DNA of 58,892 bases, counting the filler. It is 5 parts of 5 records of this genome, joined end to end, with 100 filler letters (N's around TTAATTAATTAA, not from the genome) between each part and the next. Parts side by side here need not be neighbours in the genome. Positions count along the whole stretch, not along the records: positions 40,807 to 51,809 come from SRR31156797_1696; positions 51,910 to 58,892 come from SRR31156797_1704; 3 more parts are not named here. The stretch is one strand, 5' to 3'. Positions 49,399 through 58,892 of this stretch are shown here, piece by piece; the first letter of the stretch is position 1; every line of letters starts with the position of its first letter. The translations under genes and the position numbers were made by a program. The notes under the pieces are model-generated. The model had not been told where the DNA came from. It did not search any database and saw only the letters and a program-made list of their open reading frames with translations.

Positions 49399-50085
49399 AT
49401 GCCGGAAAATAAAATACTAACCCAAAATGCAATCGGAAATTTATTTGATGAAAAAGGTGTTGAACACACTCCTCCTTCGAATTGGAAATTCTTAAAAGCC
49501 GGAGATGCCGGTATTACCAAGAAAGTAACTTCAAACAAAGAATACTGGAAAGTTGTATTTAAAAAAGGGCGCAGAACCATGTCCAAAGGAATATGGGCAC
49601 CGGAATGGATCATTGATAAGGCCAAACAGGAGGTTAATGCACAAAGAAATACTGAAGCGTATCAAAAAAGAAAATTGTATAATGCTGATCGAAGAGAAAA
49701 GCAACAACAATTGTACGAAAAGGAGTTTTGTAATGAAGTGGTCCAATTCCTAAATTTTCATCCACAATACCAGGAAATGGCAAAAGCCATGGCTATTCTT
49801 GTCACTAAACATGCTATTCCTGTGGGTAGTGGCACAGTAGCCAGAACCAAACAAATCCCAGTTAATGAACGAGCAGCAAAAGCCGTAATTGCCTGGATGA
49901 GACATAAAACTACTGCTTATGATCAACTTCAGATTCCTCTAATAAAAGGAAAGCGTAGGGAGGTAAGAAAAGAACTTGCTCAAAAATCAGTTGAAATATT
50001 AAACAATTATCGTAAAGGACATTCATTGAAATCTGATTGTCCTTTAAAAAACGCCATTTCAAAGTCCATAAAAAACTGGAAATAA
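49399..50085 (+). CDS. DUF2293 domain protein
   Basis: GSGTVART and AWMRHKTTAYD motifs. Confidence 0.8.
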   Translation: MPENKILTQNAIGNLFDEKGVEHTPPSNWKFLKAGDAGITKKVTSNKEYWKVVFKKGRRTMSKGIWAPEWIIDKAKQEVNAQRNTEAYQKRKLYNADRREKQQQLYEKEFCNEVVQFLNFHPQYQEMAKAMAILVTKHAIPVGSGTVARTKQIPVNERAAKAVIAWMRHKTTAYDQLQIPLIKGKRREVRKELAQKSVEILNNYRKGHSLKSDCPLKNAISKSIKNWK

Positions 50086-50127
50086 GCAGCTGTTAAATAA
50101 AAAAAAACAGTTTTTTTCATAGCTTTC

Positions 50128-50148
50128 ATTGACAAAGTACCTGTCAAT
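50128..50148. promoter_or_regulatory. Palindrome upstream of the MCP gene
   Basis: ATTGACA-N7-TGTCAAT. Confidence 0.35.
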
Positions 50149-50261
50149 TAGTATCTTAAATGTAAAATTCGTTGAAATAGTTCAATCTTTCAACCACAAC
50201 ATTCAACAATAATACTGTTGAATAATTAAAACGAACCCATTATTAACGAAACATATAAGCT

Positions 50262-51809
50262 ATGAAAACCTCAACAACTGCGAAAAAATCGGTGACTCAG
50301 CGAAAAAATTTATCCAACTCCCTAAAACTCAAAACCAACTTCACATTAATCGTTGTTCTTCTTTTAATTTTTACAAGTTTAACCATCATTGTTTACAATA
50401 GCATCCATTCACAAATAGAAAAAGACACTGAAAGCAATATGGTTAGTCATTTAGATGATATGCATACCATCTTATCAGACCATGTGCGATTAAAACAATC
50501 TACTGTAAACATTGCCCTTAAATTAGCTCATAATATTTTCGAGGACTTTGGAGATATTAAAGTAGATAAGGAAATGATTGAAGTGAGCGGGATAAACCAG
50601 GTAACAAAAGAACAGAAAAATTACCTTATACCTGAATGGAAAATTAATAATGTTCCGGTGTATAAAAGTACACACATTGTTGATTTCATTAAATCTCAAT
50701 CGGTTGAAACAGCAACTATCTTTCAAAAAATAGAAGATGGTTATTTACGAATTTCTACAAACGTTTTAAAACTAGATAGCACAAGAGCTGTTGGTACTTT
50801 TATTCCAAACTCTTCTGAAGTAATACAAACCGTTGAACAAGGTAAAACATTTTACGGTAGAGCCTTTGTTGTGAACGACTGGTACTTAACAGCCTATGAA
50901 CCCATCATCATTGGTGGAGTAACTCAGGGTATTTTATATGTAGGTGTAAAAGAAAGAGAATACGCATTTTTAAAAAGAATATTTGAAGAAAAAAGGTATT
51001 ACGAAAACGGGTATCCATTTTTAGTAGATTCAAAAGGTAACCTTATTATACATCCAACTAAAGAAGGAGAAAACTTTGCTAATGCCTCTTTTTTTAAGCA
51101 ACTTATTAATAGTAAAGATGGTGATTACAAAAGCGAATATACCTGGCCAGAAGGAAAAGGAGGTAAAGAAAAAGTTCAATTTTTCAAATACTTTGAACCC
51201 TACCAAGCATATATTTCTACCTCCATTTATAAAGATGATATGTATGCCGACCTTAATAGACTATTGGCTTTAACTACCATACTTTTATTAATAAGCGGTG
51301 TACTTATTTATTTTGTGCTTAGTCGCTTCTTAAATCCTATTATCCAGCAAATGGTTGTAATGGCACACAATGCAGAAGAAGTGGCCTCTGGTAATCTAAC
51401 CTTAAGTATTCATTCAACCCGAAAAGATGAATTAGGTATGCTGGCCAATGCTATTAACAGAATGATTACCAAACTAAAAGAAGTTGTAAGCGAAATTGTT
51501 GCAGGTGCAGAACAACTAAATGCCTCTGGAATACAGTTTGATAGTACTTCTCAGGATATCTCACAAGGAGCTTCAGAGCAAGCTTCATCCATTGAAGAGG
51601 TTTCATCCACCATGGAAGAAATTTCGGCAAACATAGAGCAAAACAGCGCCAATGCCACTGAAACAGAAAAGATTTCAAAACAAGTAACGAAGGAAATTCA
51701 AAAAGTCAATAAAAAAGCTAAGAAGGCGCAGGAATTCAATGAATTAATTGCTGAGAAAATTGTTGCTATTAATGACATAGCATTTCAAACAAATATTCTT
51801 TCATTAAAT
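50262..51809 (+). CDS. Methyl-accepting chemotaxis protein (Cache, HAMP, signalling domain), 3'-truncated
   Basis: ATIFQK..RISTN..RAVGT Cache motif; HAMP DELGMLA; IAFQTNILSLN. Confidence 0.92.
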
Positions 51810-51909
51810 NNNNNNNNNNNNNNNNNNNNNNNNNNNNNNNNNNNNNNNNNNNNTTAATTAATTAANNNNNNNNNNNNNNNNNNNNNNNNNNNNNNNNNNN
51901 NNNNNNNNN
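51810..51909. other. Artificial contig spacer
   Basis: N run with linker. Confidence 0.99.
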
Positions 51910-52106
51910 ATGATCATTCCGGTTTCCTCCCGGATCTCTTTGATGGCACACGCCTCAAAGGTTTCCCCCGCTTCCAGGTGTCCGCCCGGGATGGAGTAGT
52001 GGGGGGCGTGACTCCCCTTTCTTTTGCCCACCAGGATTTTTCCTTCCGGGTTGACGATGATGACGCCGACGCCCACGCGGGGCCTTTCACTGGTTGTATG
52101 AGTCAT
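51910..52106 (-). CDS. NUDIX hydrolase (NUDT15-like), 3'-truncated
   Basis: RPRVGVGVII, GKRKGSH and PGGHLEAGETFEACAIKEIREETG motifs. Confidence 0.85.
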
Positions 52107-52334
52107 AAACTGTTTTCTTTTCCTAACTCGTTTCCTTTTCAAGCGTTCTTTTAAACGCCCCATTCTTCCGTATCCGGCTGCCAGGCCGGGGGCTTCCCGC
52201 CGCCCTGTCCTCCGGGCCGGCATCAGCATAATATCAGGGCAAAAGAAAATTTCAATAATTCGTTATGGAAATAATATCAAAGCGGCCCGCAGGCATGATC
52301 AATCCCGGTTTGGGGTTGTCTACCTGGGGCTCAA

Positions 52335-52526
52335 TCAAATACCATTCATGTGCTGATCACGGTAGGATTTTATACTTTCTTCATCCACTATATCTCTTAT
52401 TTTCTGAACACAGGTATTGTCAGTACACGCCTTTGGCATGATCACCGGCATAACTTCCATGATCAGACGCTTCTGATCTTCATCACTTAACTTCAGCACA
52501 GCGGCCTTTATTTCCTCAAATGTCAT
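52335..52526 (-). CDS. Small 63-aa hypothetical protein
   Basis: GGAGG RBS; CxxxxC; lies downstream of the permease on the same strand. Confidence 0.7.
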   Translation of the reverse strand: MTFEEIKAAVLKLSDEDQKRLIMEVMPVIMPKACTDNTCVQKIRDIVDEESIKSYRDQHMNGI

Positions 52527-52614
52527 ATTTCCTCCCTTGACAGTTCAAATATCCATAGGACGATTACTCAGTTTACGGACAAAAACATCCGCACTCCCAT
52601 ACGGGTCTTAATCA

Positions 52615-53844
52615 TTATTTTTGATGTACATAGAAAGGCCACTTGTGAAAAAACCATTCGTTCCAGAGAAGGGGAATAATCCACCAGAAATTCCATACAA
52701 GGGATTCGCCATGGAGGAATTTGTGGTCCCAGTGGGGATTGCCAAGGGCCCAGGAGCCGAAGTTAGCATAATAGAAAAAAATGTAGTTAATGACGCAGAA
52801 AAAAAGAACCCCGCCGGTTCTGAACCAGAAGGCCCGCCAGGAATCAACGTCTGAAAAAGGAACCAGATCGTCAAAATAATGGTGCCAGATGAGGAAAGGA
52901 ATCAGGGTAAAACCGGCAATTTCCGCAGCGTGGTACCAGAGGAATCGAATTCGTTCCGGATATTTATCAATATGATGAAGCATGTCGCCAAGCCAGACTG
53001 GAGCGATCTTGACACAGATGAGGGCAATGGCGTAACCGAGGACGACGTTGATAACAAAAGAGACCATCCCCTTCCAGGGCTGGGCAAACGGAATCAGGGT
53101 CCAGGGTTTCATCCGCCATATATTGGGGGTCAAAAAAAGAATGATGATCATCCATTCCCACCAGCCAAAGACCCAGTGAACATGGCTGATACCGGAGAGA
53201 CCCTCCCACCAGGGGACATTGAGGCCAAAGGAGGTCCCAATGCTTTTGCCAAACACAAGTCCCCAGAAGGGCACAATGAGAACTGAGTAGAAAACCAGTG
53301 TCAGCATGGAACACCAGCCGATTTCAGCAAGTCCGGCCTGGGGCTGGGGAAGATCGCTGGGGCGGACAGGCCATTTCCCAAAGAGTATGGTGACAAAAGG
53401 ATAGCTGTAGAATCCGATGAGAACAAAGCAGACCACGGCGCTCTGGGCAAAATGCTTTGTGAGGGCGACGTCTTTGAGTGCCCCCGCATAAACCAGTTCG
53501 TTCAGGTTGCATTGACTCAGAAAATTAAAACCAAGCCCAAGAATCCTGTAAAAGAAAACATGGATCACAAGCCACACGATAATCAGATTGACAATGGTGA
53601 GGATAATCCCCCTTGCAGGCTGTGGTATATCCTGGAAGGGCCAGTCGCCGCAGAACATGTGCTGCCAGATCCCCACCAGGATCATCATGGCGAGATACAT
53701 GACAAAAGGATAAGGGAAAGATCCCACAGGGCCCCGTGGATCACTGAAAATAAACCATGTGATCCATGCGGTCAAAAAAAATACAATGAATGAAATAATT
53801 CCGGTGAGGGGTTGCCCCCATCGGGCTTTGAGTTCTCCTGACAT
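52615..53844 (-). CDS. Trp-rich multi-pass permease, MtmP-like (putative amine/amino acid transporter)
   Basis: AGGAGG RBS before ATG 53844; 409 aa; about 9-10 TM segments; repeated WP motifs. The family call is from recollection only. Confidence 0.6.
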   Translation of the reverse strand: MSGELKARWGQPLTGIISFIVFFLTAWITWFIFSDPRGPVGSFPYPFVMYLAMMILVGIWQHMFCGDWPFQDIPQPARGIILTIVNLIIVWLVIHVFFYRILGLGFNFLSQCNLNELVYAGALKDVALTKHFAQSAVVCFVLIGFYSYPFVTILFGKWPVRPSDLPQPQAGLAEIGWCSMLTLVFYSVLIVPFWGLVFGKSIGTSFGLNVPWWEGLSGISHVHWVFGWWEWMIIILFLTPNIWRMKPWTLIPFAQPWKGMVSFVINVVLGYAIALICVKIAPVWLGDMLHHIDKYPERIRFLWYHAAEIAGFTLIPFLIWHHYFDDLVPFSDVDSWRAFWFRTGGVLFFCVINYIFFYYANFGSWALGNPHWDHKFLHGESLVWNFWWIIPLLWNEWFFHKWPFYVHQK

Positions 53845-53898
53845 ACCAGCCTCCTTGAAAATAAGTTTTGCCAATAGCTCATTTGCTTTCGTTATTGT

Positions 53899-53929
53899 TG
53901 CAAAAACAACCGAAATATTTGTTTTTGCA
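53899..53929. promoter_or_regulatory. Perfect 11-bp inverted repeat upstream of the permease
   Basis: TGCAAAAACAA-N9-TTGTTTTTGCA. Confidence 0.55.
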
Positions 53930-54557
53930 TGAGCCAAAGTCCAGGTGTGAATTTTCTGACCGACGATTGACCTGGTCCGGAAAAACTTATTACCTGCAAG
54001 GAGAGCGTATTTCAAAAGAAGTGAGGCACGACCCAATATCTTATCAAAGGTGTTGTTTCAGGATACAAAAGATCGAAATCACTGTCAACAGCGGTTTTTT
54101 TCGGATATACAGCCAATTACGCAAACCAGCCCGGGGCGACCAGGCTTTATATTCAAAAGGAATGATGACCTGAAAAACACACAGGCCATCATTTGTCTTA
54201 CCGGTGAGATCAACGGTACGGCTTACGACGTCAGCATCCACCTTTTATCTGGCGGCCATCTCCGTCATCTTTGCGAGTCGTTGTACAACGGACACTGCAT
54301 CCTGGCCGCCGGTGACTTTTTTATAGGCCGCGGCCATCACCTCGGCGCCCTCCTTAGTATGCCAGGAGAACAGGGATTGTAAAGATTGGCGAAATAATTA
54401 CCCATTTTATTGACAGCCCCCCTTTTCCAATGCTACCCCTGAACATCGTAGGTGTTTACACACGAATCGATACCTTCTTTACCGATTACGATTAAGAAAT
54501 GGACTTAGGGACCTAGCTCCCATGGGAGGCGCAATGACCTTGACCAAAGGACAATCC

Positions 54558-55460
54558 ATGAAAAACCATTATATCCCTGAACACAGATTTCCCATTCGGC
54601 TGACGCCCCATGTAACCCTGGTGGGCAACTATTTTTTCAATCTTTTCCTGGTCACGGGCAGGAACAAAGCCGCCCTTTTTGAGACGGGCATCTCGGGGTG
54701 TGTGGATGAAGTGATCCGCCAGTTGGAAGGGCTGGAGGTATCCGTGGACTATCTGATCCCCAGCCATCCCCATACGGACCATATCACCGGGCTGCCGGGA
54801 CTGATGAAACGCTTTCCAAAGGCGGAGGTGCTGGCGGCCCAGGGCGCAAAGGAATTTATCAATCATCCCAAGGCCGGACCGCTCCTGGTCAAGGAAGATC
54901 TGTTCATGTCCAGGGGGCTTGCAGGCATGGGCATTTCTCCCGGGCGCCCTGCCCTTGACACCATCCCCGATCTTCAGGACGCCCGGGTGATCGAAACGGC
55001 CCACAGCCTTGACCTGGGGGACGTCACCCTGGACCTGAAGACCGTGAAAGGCCATTCTCCGGGCAATCTCATGGGCTTTATCAGGAAAGAAAAAATCCTG
55101 TTCTGCTCCGACAGCCTGGGATTCCATTTTCCCGGCAGGGGATTCTGGCCCCTGTTCTTCACCGGTGTGAAAGACTATCTGTCCACCCTTGAATTCATCC
55201 AGGGCTTTGATCCCGACCTCCTGTGCCCGGCCCACCAGGGCCCCCTGGAGAATACAGCGGCAGAAACAGGGATCATCTCCGCCGTCAACAGCACCCTTGA
55301 CATTATCACACGAATAAAAGACACCCGCTTATCCGATGGGGATCTTGCCCGGGAAATGTTTGACCAGAGCTATAAAGACGAATTCACCCTTTATACCCAG
55401 GAAAATATCCAAAACTGCACCAACCTCTTGATCAAACGGGCCAGGGAAAGCCGGATTTAA
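54558..55460 (+). CDS. MBL-fold metallo-hydrolase
   Basis: SHPHTDH, GHSPG, CSD and PAHQG motifs; start uncertain (54522-54558). Confidence 0.88.
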   Translation: MKNHYIPEHRFPIRLTPHVTLVGNYFFNLFLVTGRNKAALFETGISGCVDEVIRQLEGLEVSVDYLIPSHPHTDHITGLPGLMKRFPKAEVLAAQGAKEFINHPKAGPLLVKEDLFMSRGLAGMGISPGRPALDTIPDLQDARVIETAHSLDLGDVTLDLKTVKGHSPGNLMGFIRKEKILFCSDSLGFHFPGRGFWPLFFTGVKDYLSTLEFIQGFDPDLLCPAHQGPLENTAAETGIISAVNSTLDIITRIKDTRLSDGDLAREMFDQSYKDEFTLYTQENIQNCTNLLIKRARESRI

Positions 55461-56500
55461 AAGCTATAGGTGAAATTCAGGAAAAGACGGTCATTATCCC
55501 CGATCTCCCTGAGCATGGGCAGGCTGCCCGAATCGTAGAAGATAAGCCCTGCCGTCACCATGAGATCATCGGTGAGATCGTAATCCACCTGGGTTCGGAT
55601 ATAGCCGCCGTCATCGGCCATGTCGCCGAAGAAAGAGGCCAGCAGGGTCAGTTCCAGGACCTCGTGAAAATAAGTCCGGGTCATCCTGAGGACATACTGC
55701 ACCCGGTGCTCCTTGCTGCCGCTTTTTTTCGCCATGGAATCAAAATCCACCAGCCAACGGTCCACGGTTTCAAGGCTGATCGTGGTGTCGGTGAACCCGG
55801 AATATTCAACTCCCAGAAGCATGTCCAGCCGGGCATACTCATTTTCATTGGCAACCGGCCCGTCCGGGGAGGAATTGGCCGAAAGCCGGATGTTGTTAAA
55901 AAACTCATGATCGCCGAAAGGGTGTACGCCGACAGATAATAATCCAACCGGGACATGAGAACCGGCAGACGCAGATCCTCGATATCGGTCATGCCCGGCT
56001 CCCGCATGTCCAGGGGATTGAGCACATCCGTCACCCGTATGTTGTCGGACTTTCCCCACACCACGATCTGGCGTCCCAGCTTGATATCCAGTTGCCGGGA
56101 CAAGCTGCCCCGGATAAAGCACTTGTCCAGTTCCGCCTCTTTCTCATATTCATCCAGGAACCGGCCGGTGTAGTCATCCCTGCCATTGAGCCCATAGGCA
56201 AGATTATAAAATGCGGAACCGGAGATGAGCACATCCCAGCCTTCGGTAAGATCCATCGCCACCTCAAGGGCAAGCTCCCCCTTCAGGTGGGAGACGCCCT
56301 GGTGGTCGGTCTTAGCGGGCAGGGACCGGGCTTTTTGAAACTGATACCCCCCTTTTACGGCAAGGCTCCCGTCCAGATCCAGGAAGGATACTCTCTCGGC
56401 TTCCCGGGGAGCGATCACCTGGGGGAGATCCTCCATACTTTCTTCGGAAAAGAAATCATCCAGGTTCTCTTCATCGGTGAGCGTTTCCGTTTCCCCTGCC
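55457..56500 (-). pseudogene. Disrupted DUF1302-like outer-membrane beta-barrel gene
   Basis: LGRQIVVWGKSD..VTDVLNPLD motif; frame switch near 55910; C-terminal ..DRLFLNFTYSF; signal peptide missing. Confidence 0.7.
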
Positions 56501-57118
56501 CCGGCCGTGGTCAGGCTCGTCATCAGGATGGCCAGCCCGGAATGGCCCAGGGCATGGCCCAGGGCGGTCCTTTTGCTTTCTCCCTTGTCAAAGCTCTGGA
56601 AAAACATCACCAGGATATGAACCGACGCCCCCACGGCCACGGACAGCAGAAAAGAAGGCAGGATCTGGGTGGGCACTTTTATGGGGGTACCGGTCATGGC
56701 CATGAGCCCCAGGGTGGAAATAAGAGAAAGAAGAACGATCACAATGGGTATCAAAACACCGGAAAGCCGGCGAAACATCACCCATAAGAACAGGGCGATG
56801 GTCAACAGCGCGATGCCCAGGAATTTACGGACATTATTAATCATGGAGCGTTTTATAAAATCCGTCACCACCGGCGAACCGGCAATATAGGCAGGAAAGT
56901 CATCCGACCTGTGCCGGTCCACAATCCCCTCCAGGGCGCTTACGAATTCCGAGTTTTCCTTATCCGTGAGATAGCCGGATTTTACAGGGGCCGGGGAGCC
57001 GGGAGGCCATGATTCCCAGGAACAGCAGGATCATCACCAGGATCTTGTACCTGTTATCAAAAAGGCAATGGGCGAATGATTCAAACCAGGCTTCCAGGAG
57101 TGATCGTATGGCAGTCAT
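56501..57118 (-). pseudogene. Disrupted MMPL/RND-family transporter
   Basis: ATG right after the TetR stop; TM1, then a frameshift near 56990 into YLTDKEN..IAGSPVV..AILMTSLTTAG; the second half is absent. Confidence 0.75.
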
Positions 57119-57635
57119 TTAGGTTTCCTTTTTTATGGCTTTTATAAGGTAGCGGGTAAACTGCTCTATCCCTTTTTTGGAAAAAATATCGGCTTCGGAT
57201 TTATATTGCTGGGGAAAGGCGGCTTTTCGTTGCCGGATGGGAGCGGAGGTCGCTTCAAACATGAGCGCCCCCAGAATCATGAAATGAATGGACAGGGTAT
57301 CCACCGTTTCAAACACCCCCCTTCGCGCCCCCTCTTCCAGGATACTGTTCAGGGTATTCAGGGTGTTGACAACCCTTTCCACAAAGGAATCCGGCATATT
57401 CCGCCCGCCGGCCACCTGTTCCCGCATCATCATTCGCGGAATTCTCGGATTCTTTTTGATGGCCCTGGCGAATTGCGCCACATAGGCGCCCAGTTTTTCT
57501 TCCGGGGATTTATCCCCTGACAGGCTTTGGGGAAAATCGGTGAATCCCCCGTCAAACATCTCGTTGAGCACCAGGGCATAAAGGGCTTCCTTATTACCGA
57601 CATTGTAATAAATGGTGGCCTTGTTGACCCGGGAC
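57119..57635 (-). pseudogene. TetR-family regulator lacking the first HTH helices
   Basis: VNKATIYYNVGNKEALY is present but preceded by unrelated hydrophobic sequence. Confidence 0.65.
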
Positions 57636-57892
57636 AGAATTGATATTATAAGCCCCACTATGAAAAACGCATAAGACATATCAACTCGTTTTTAATTCCA
57701 TAAACGGAAACGCTGGAGAACTGCTCCCCAGAAGGGATATCTATACGCTGATCAGTAAACGTCATGATCGGGTATGGAATCCGGCGTTCCCATCCAATGA
57801 TTTTCTTACACAGAAAAGAAACCGGTATTATTGCAGGCAATGCCATGGGCATGCCCACGGATTATACAAGACCGGAAAATATGAGGTTTTTC

Positions 57893-58729
57893 ATGAACAT
57901 CCAAGACATAATTACAGCAGCACGGAAACCGGAAATTTACGCCAAGGGAACCGCGGTCATGTGGGTCGATGAGTACATCTCCACCCAGCTGCTTGAAACA
58001 CACCTGAGCCAGGCCACGGATCTTGCCAGCAGAAAAGAGACCACCATCTCTTCTACAATAGACTGGATACTGGACAAGGTGCCCGGCGACAACCTGGCGA
58101 TCCTCGACCTTGGCTGCGGACCGGGACTGTACACGGAAAAACTGGCGGAAAAGGGGCACCGGGTAACGGGCATGGATTTCTCCGCCAACTCCATCCGTTA
58201 CGCCAGGGACTCCGCCGCAAGGAAAAAGCTGAATATCACCTACGTCAGGCAAAACTATCTGGAGCTTAACGAAGAGAACAAGTACGACCTTGTAATGATG
58301 ATATTCACGGATTTCGGCGTGCTGCCCCCGGATCAACGGGAAATCGTCCTGGCAAACATCCGCCGTGCCCTGAAACCGGGAGGCAAATTCCTCTTTGACG
58401 TCCTGAACGACAATTATCCGGTAAAGGAATCGGGAACAAAGGAGTGGGAGGCCGCCCCCAAAGGGTTCTGGAAAAACAGCCCCTACCTGTCACTTTCGGA
58501 GTCCTTTTACTATGAAGCGCAGAAGGTGGCCCTGAACCAGCATATCATCATCGATGAAACCGGAGGGATGGACGTATACCGGTTCTGGATACACACCTTT
58601 TCCCATGCCGATCTTGAGGAAATACTCGCTTTGCAGAATTTCTCCGGCACAACATGCCATGACAATATACTCCCCGGCTGCGGCATGTACCGCTCCATAG
58701 ACGTAACCTTCTGCATCACTGAAAAATAA
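57893..58729 (+). CDS. Class I SAM-dependent methyltransferase
   Basis: GAGG RBS; ILDLGCGPGLY, GMDFS and ALKPGGKFLFDV motifs. Confidence 0.9.
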   Translation: MNIQDIITAARKPEIYAKGTAVMWVDEYISTQLLETHLSQATDLASRKETTISSTIDWILDKVPGDNLAILDLGCGPGLYTEKLAEKGHRVTGMDFSANSIRYARDSAARKKLNITYVRQNYLELNEENKYDLVMMIFTDFGVLPPDQREIVLANIRRALKPGGKFLFDVLNDNYPVKESGTKEWEAAPKGFWKNSPYLSLSESFYYEAQKVALNQHIIIDETGGMDVYRFWIHTFSHADLEEILALQNFSGTTCHDNILPGCGMYRSIDVTFCITEK

Positions 58730-58892
58730 CCCCATCGCCCCGGCCCCTGTTCCAACAGGCGCCGGGCACCATGGGCCCCCATACAGCATGGCACTCTGTT
58801 TGTACCCGCAAGCAGAGTGCCAGGGAATCCATGGGTGGCCCCTTCGAACAAAGGCGGATCGACATTTCCACCTTCATGTCCTTCATGATCTT

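Noticed and set aside
54040..54382. Short ORFs upstream of the permease, one faintly like a corrinoid-protein C-terminus (GGQDAVSVVQRLAK)
   Set aside because: Similarity is too weak and there is no B12-binding motif; probably gene debris.
55681..56922. 413-aa ORF as a novel MMPL-porin fusion protein
   Set aside because: It lacks a proper N-terminus and ends out of frame; better explained as a deletion product.
57680..57892. Possible riboswitch or attenuator before the methyltransferase
   Set aside because: No recognisable aptamer or terminator was found by eye.
58789..58822. Hairpin TGGCACTCTG..CAGAGTGCCA near the window end
   Set aside because: It has no U tract and the context is truncated, so it cannot be assigned.
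52608..58851. Many antisense and overlapping ORFs in the GC-richer contig (e.g. 54513-55235, 56092-56787, 57806-58336)
   Set aside because: They are shadow frames of real genes with no recognisable motifs.

Overview
The window is not one locus. It is five unrelated contigs joined by 100-nt N spacers carrying a TTAATTAATTAA linker (26383-26482, 34552-34651, 40707-40806, 51810-51909), so gene neighbourhoods are only meaningful within a contig. Taxonomic labels below are inferred from gene content, promoter motifs and composition. Contig 1 (1-26382; AT-rich Bacteroidota, probably Marinifilaceae-like): 5' half of a tRNA, leuS, two YitT genes, an M23 peptidase, purN, acpP-fabF-rnc, an RprXY-like two-component system, lepA, a lipoprotein-ECF-FecR-TonB receptor module, a helical/TPR-like protein, BlaI with an M56-M23 fusion, and partial groEL. 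Contig 2 (26483-34551): ABC-transporter-dependent polysaccharide locus with an rfbB remnant, wzm, wzt, a sulfotransferase-like/coiled-coil/GT2/GT4 protein, a second sulfotransferase, a WcbI-like gene and gmd. Contig 3 (34652-40706; very low GC, Fusobacteriota/Firmicutes-like): NUDIX, small lipoprotein, GGDEF protein, HTH-PsuK/psuG, partial manA. Contig 4 (40807-51809; Bacteroidota): quinone reductase, SNF2 helicase, GIN-domain protein, mgsA, RsmI-like methylase, lipase, DUF2293, MCP. Contig 5 (51910-58892; GC-richer, Desulfobacterales-like): NUDIX, a putative amine permease with a 63-aa partner, an MBL hydrolase, a TetR/MMPL/DUF1302-like operon broken by four apparent deletions, and a methyltransferase. 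No CRISPR array, rRNA or intact transposase was seen. The best leads are non-coding: an unannotated ~90-nt sRNA with a 17-nt complementary site in a long 3' UTR 11 kb away, a BlaI operator shared with a distant M23 peptidase, phased GTTAA boxes for the two-component system, and a candidate operator for HTH-PsuK. The possible sulfate-capped polysaccharide ruler protein is the best coding lead.
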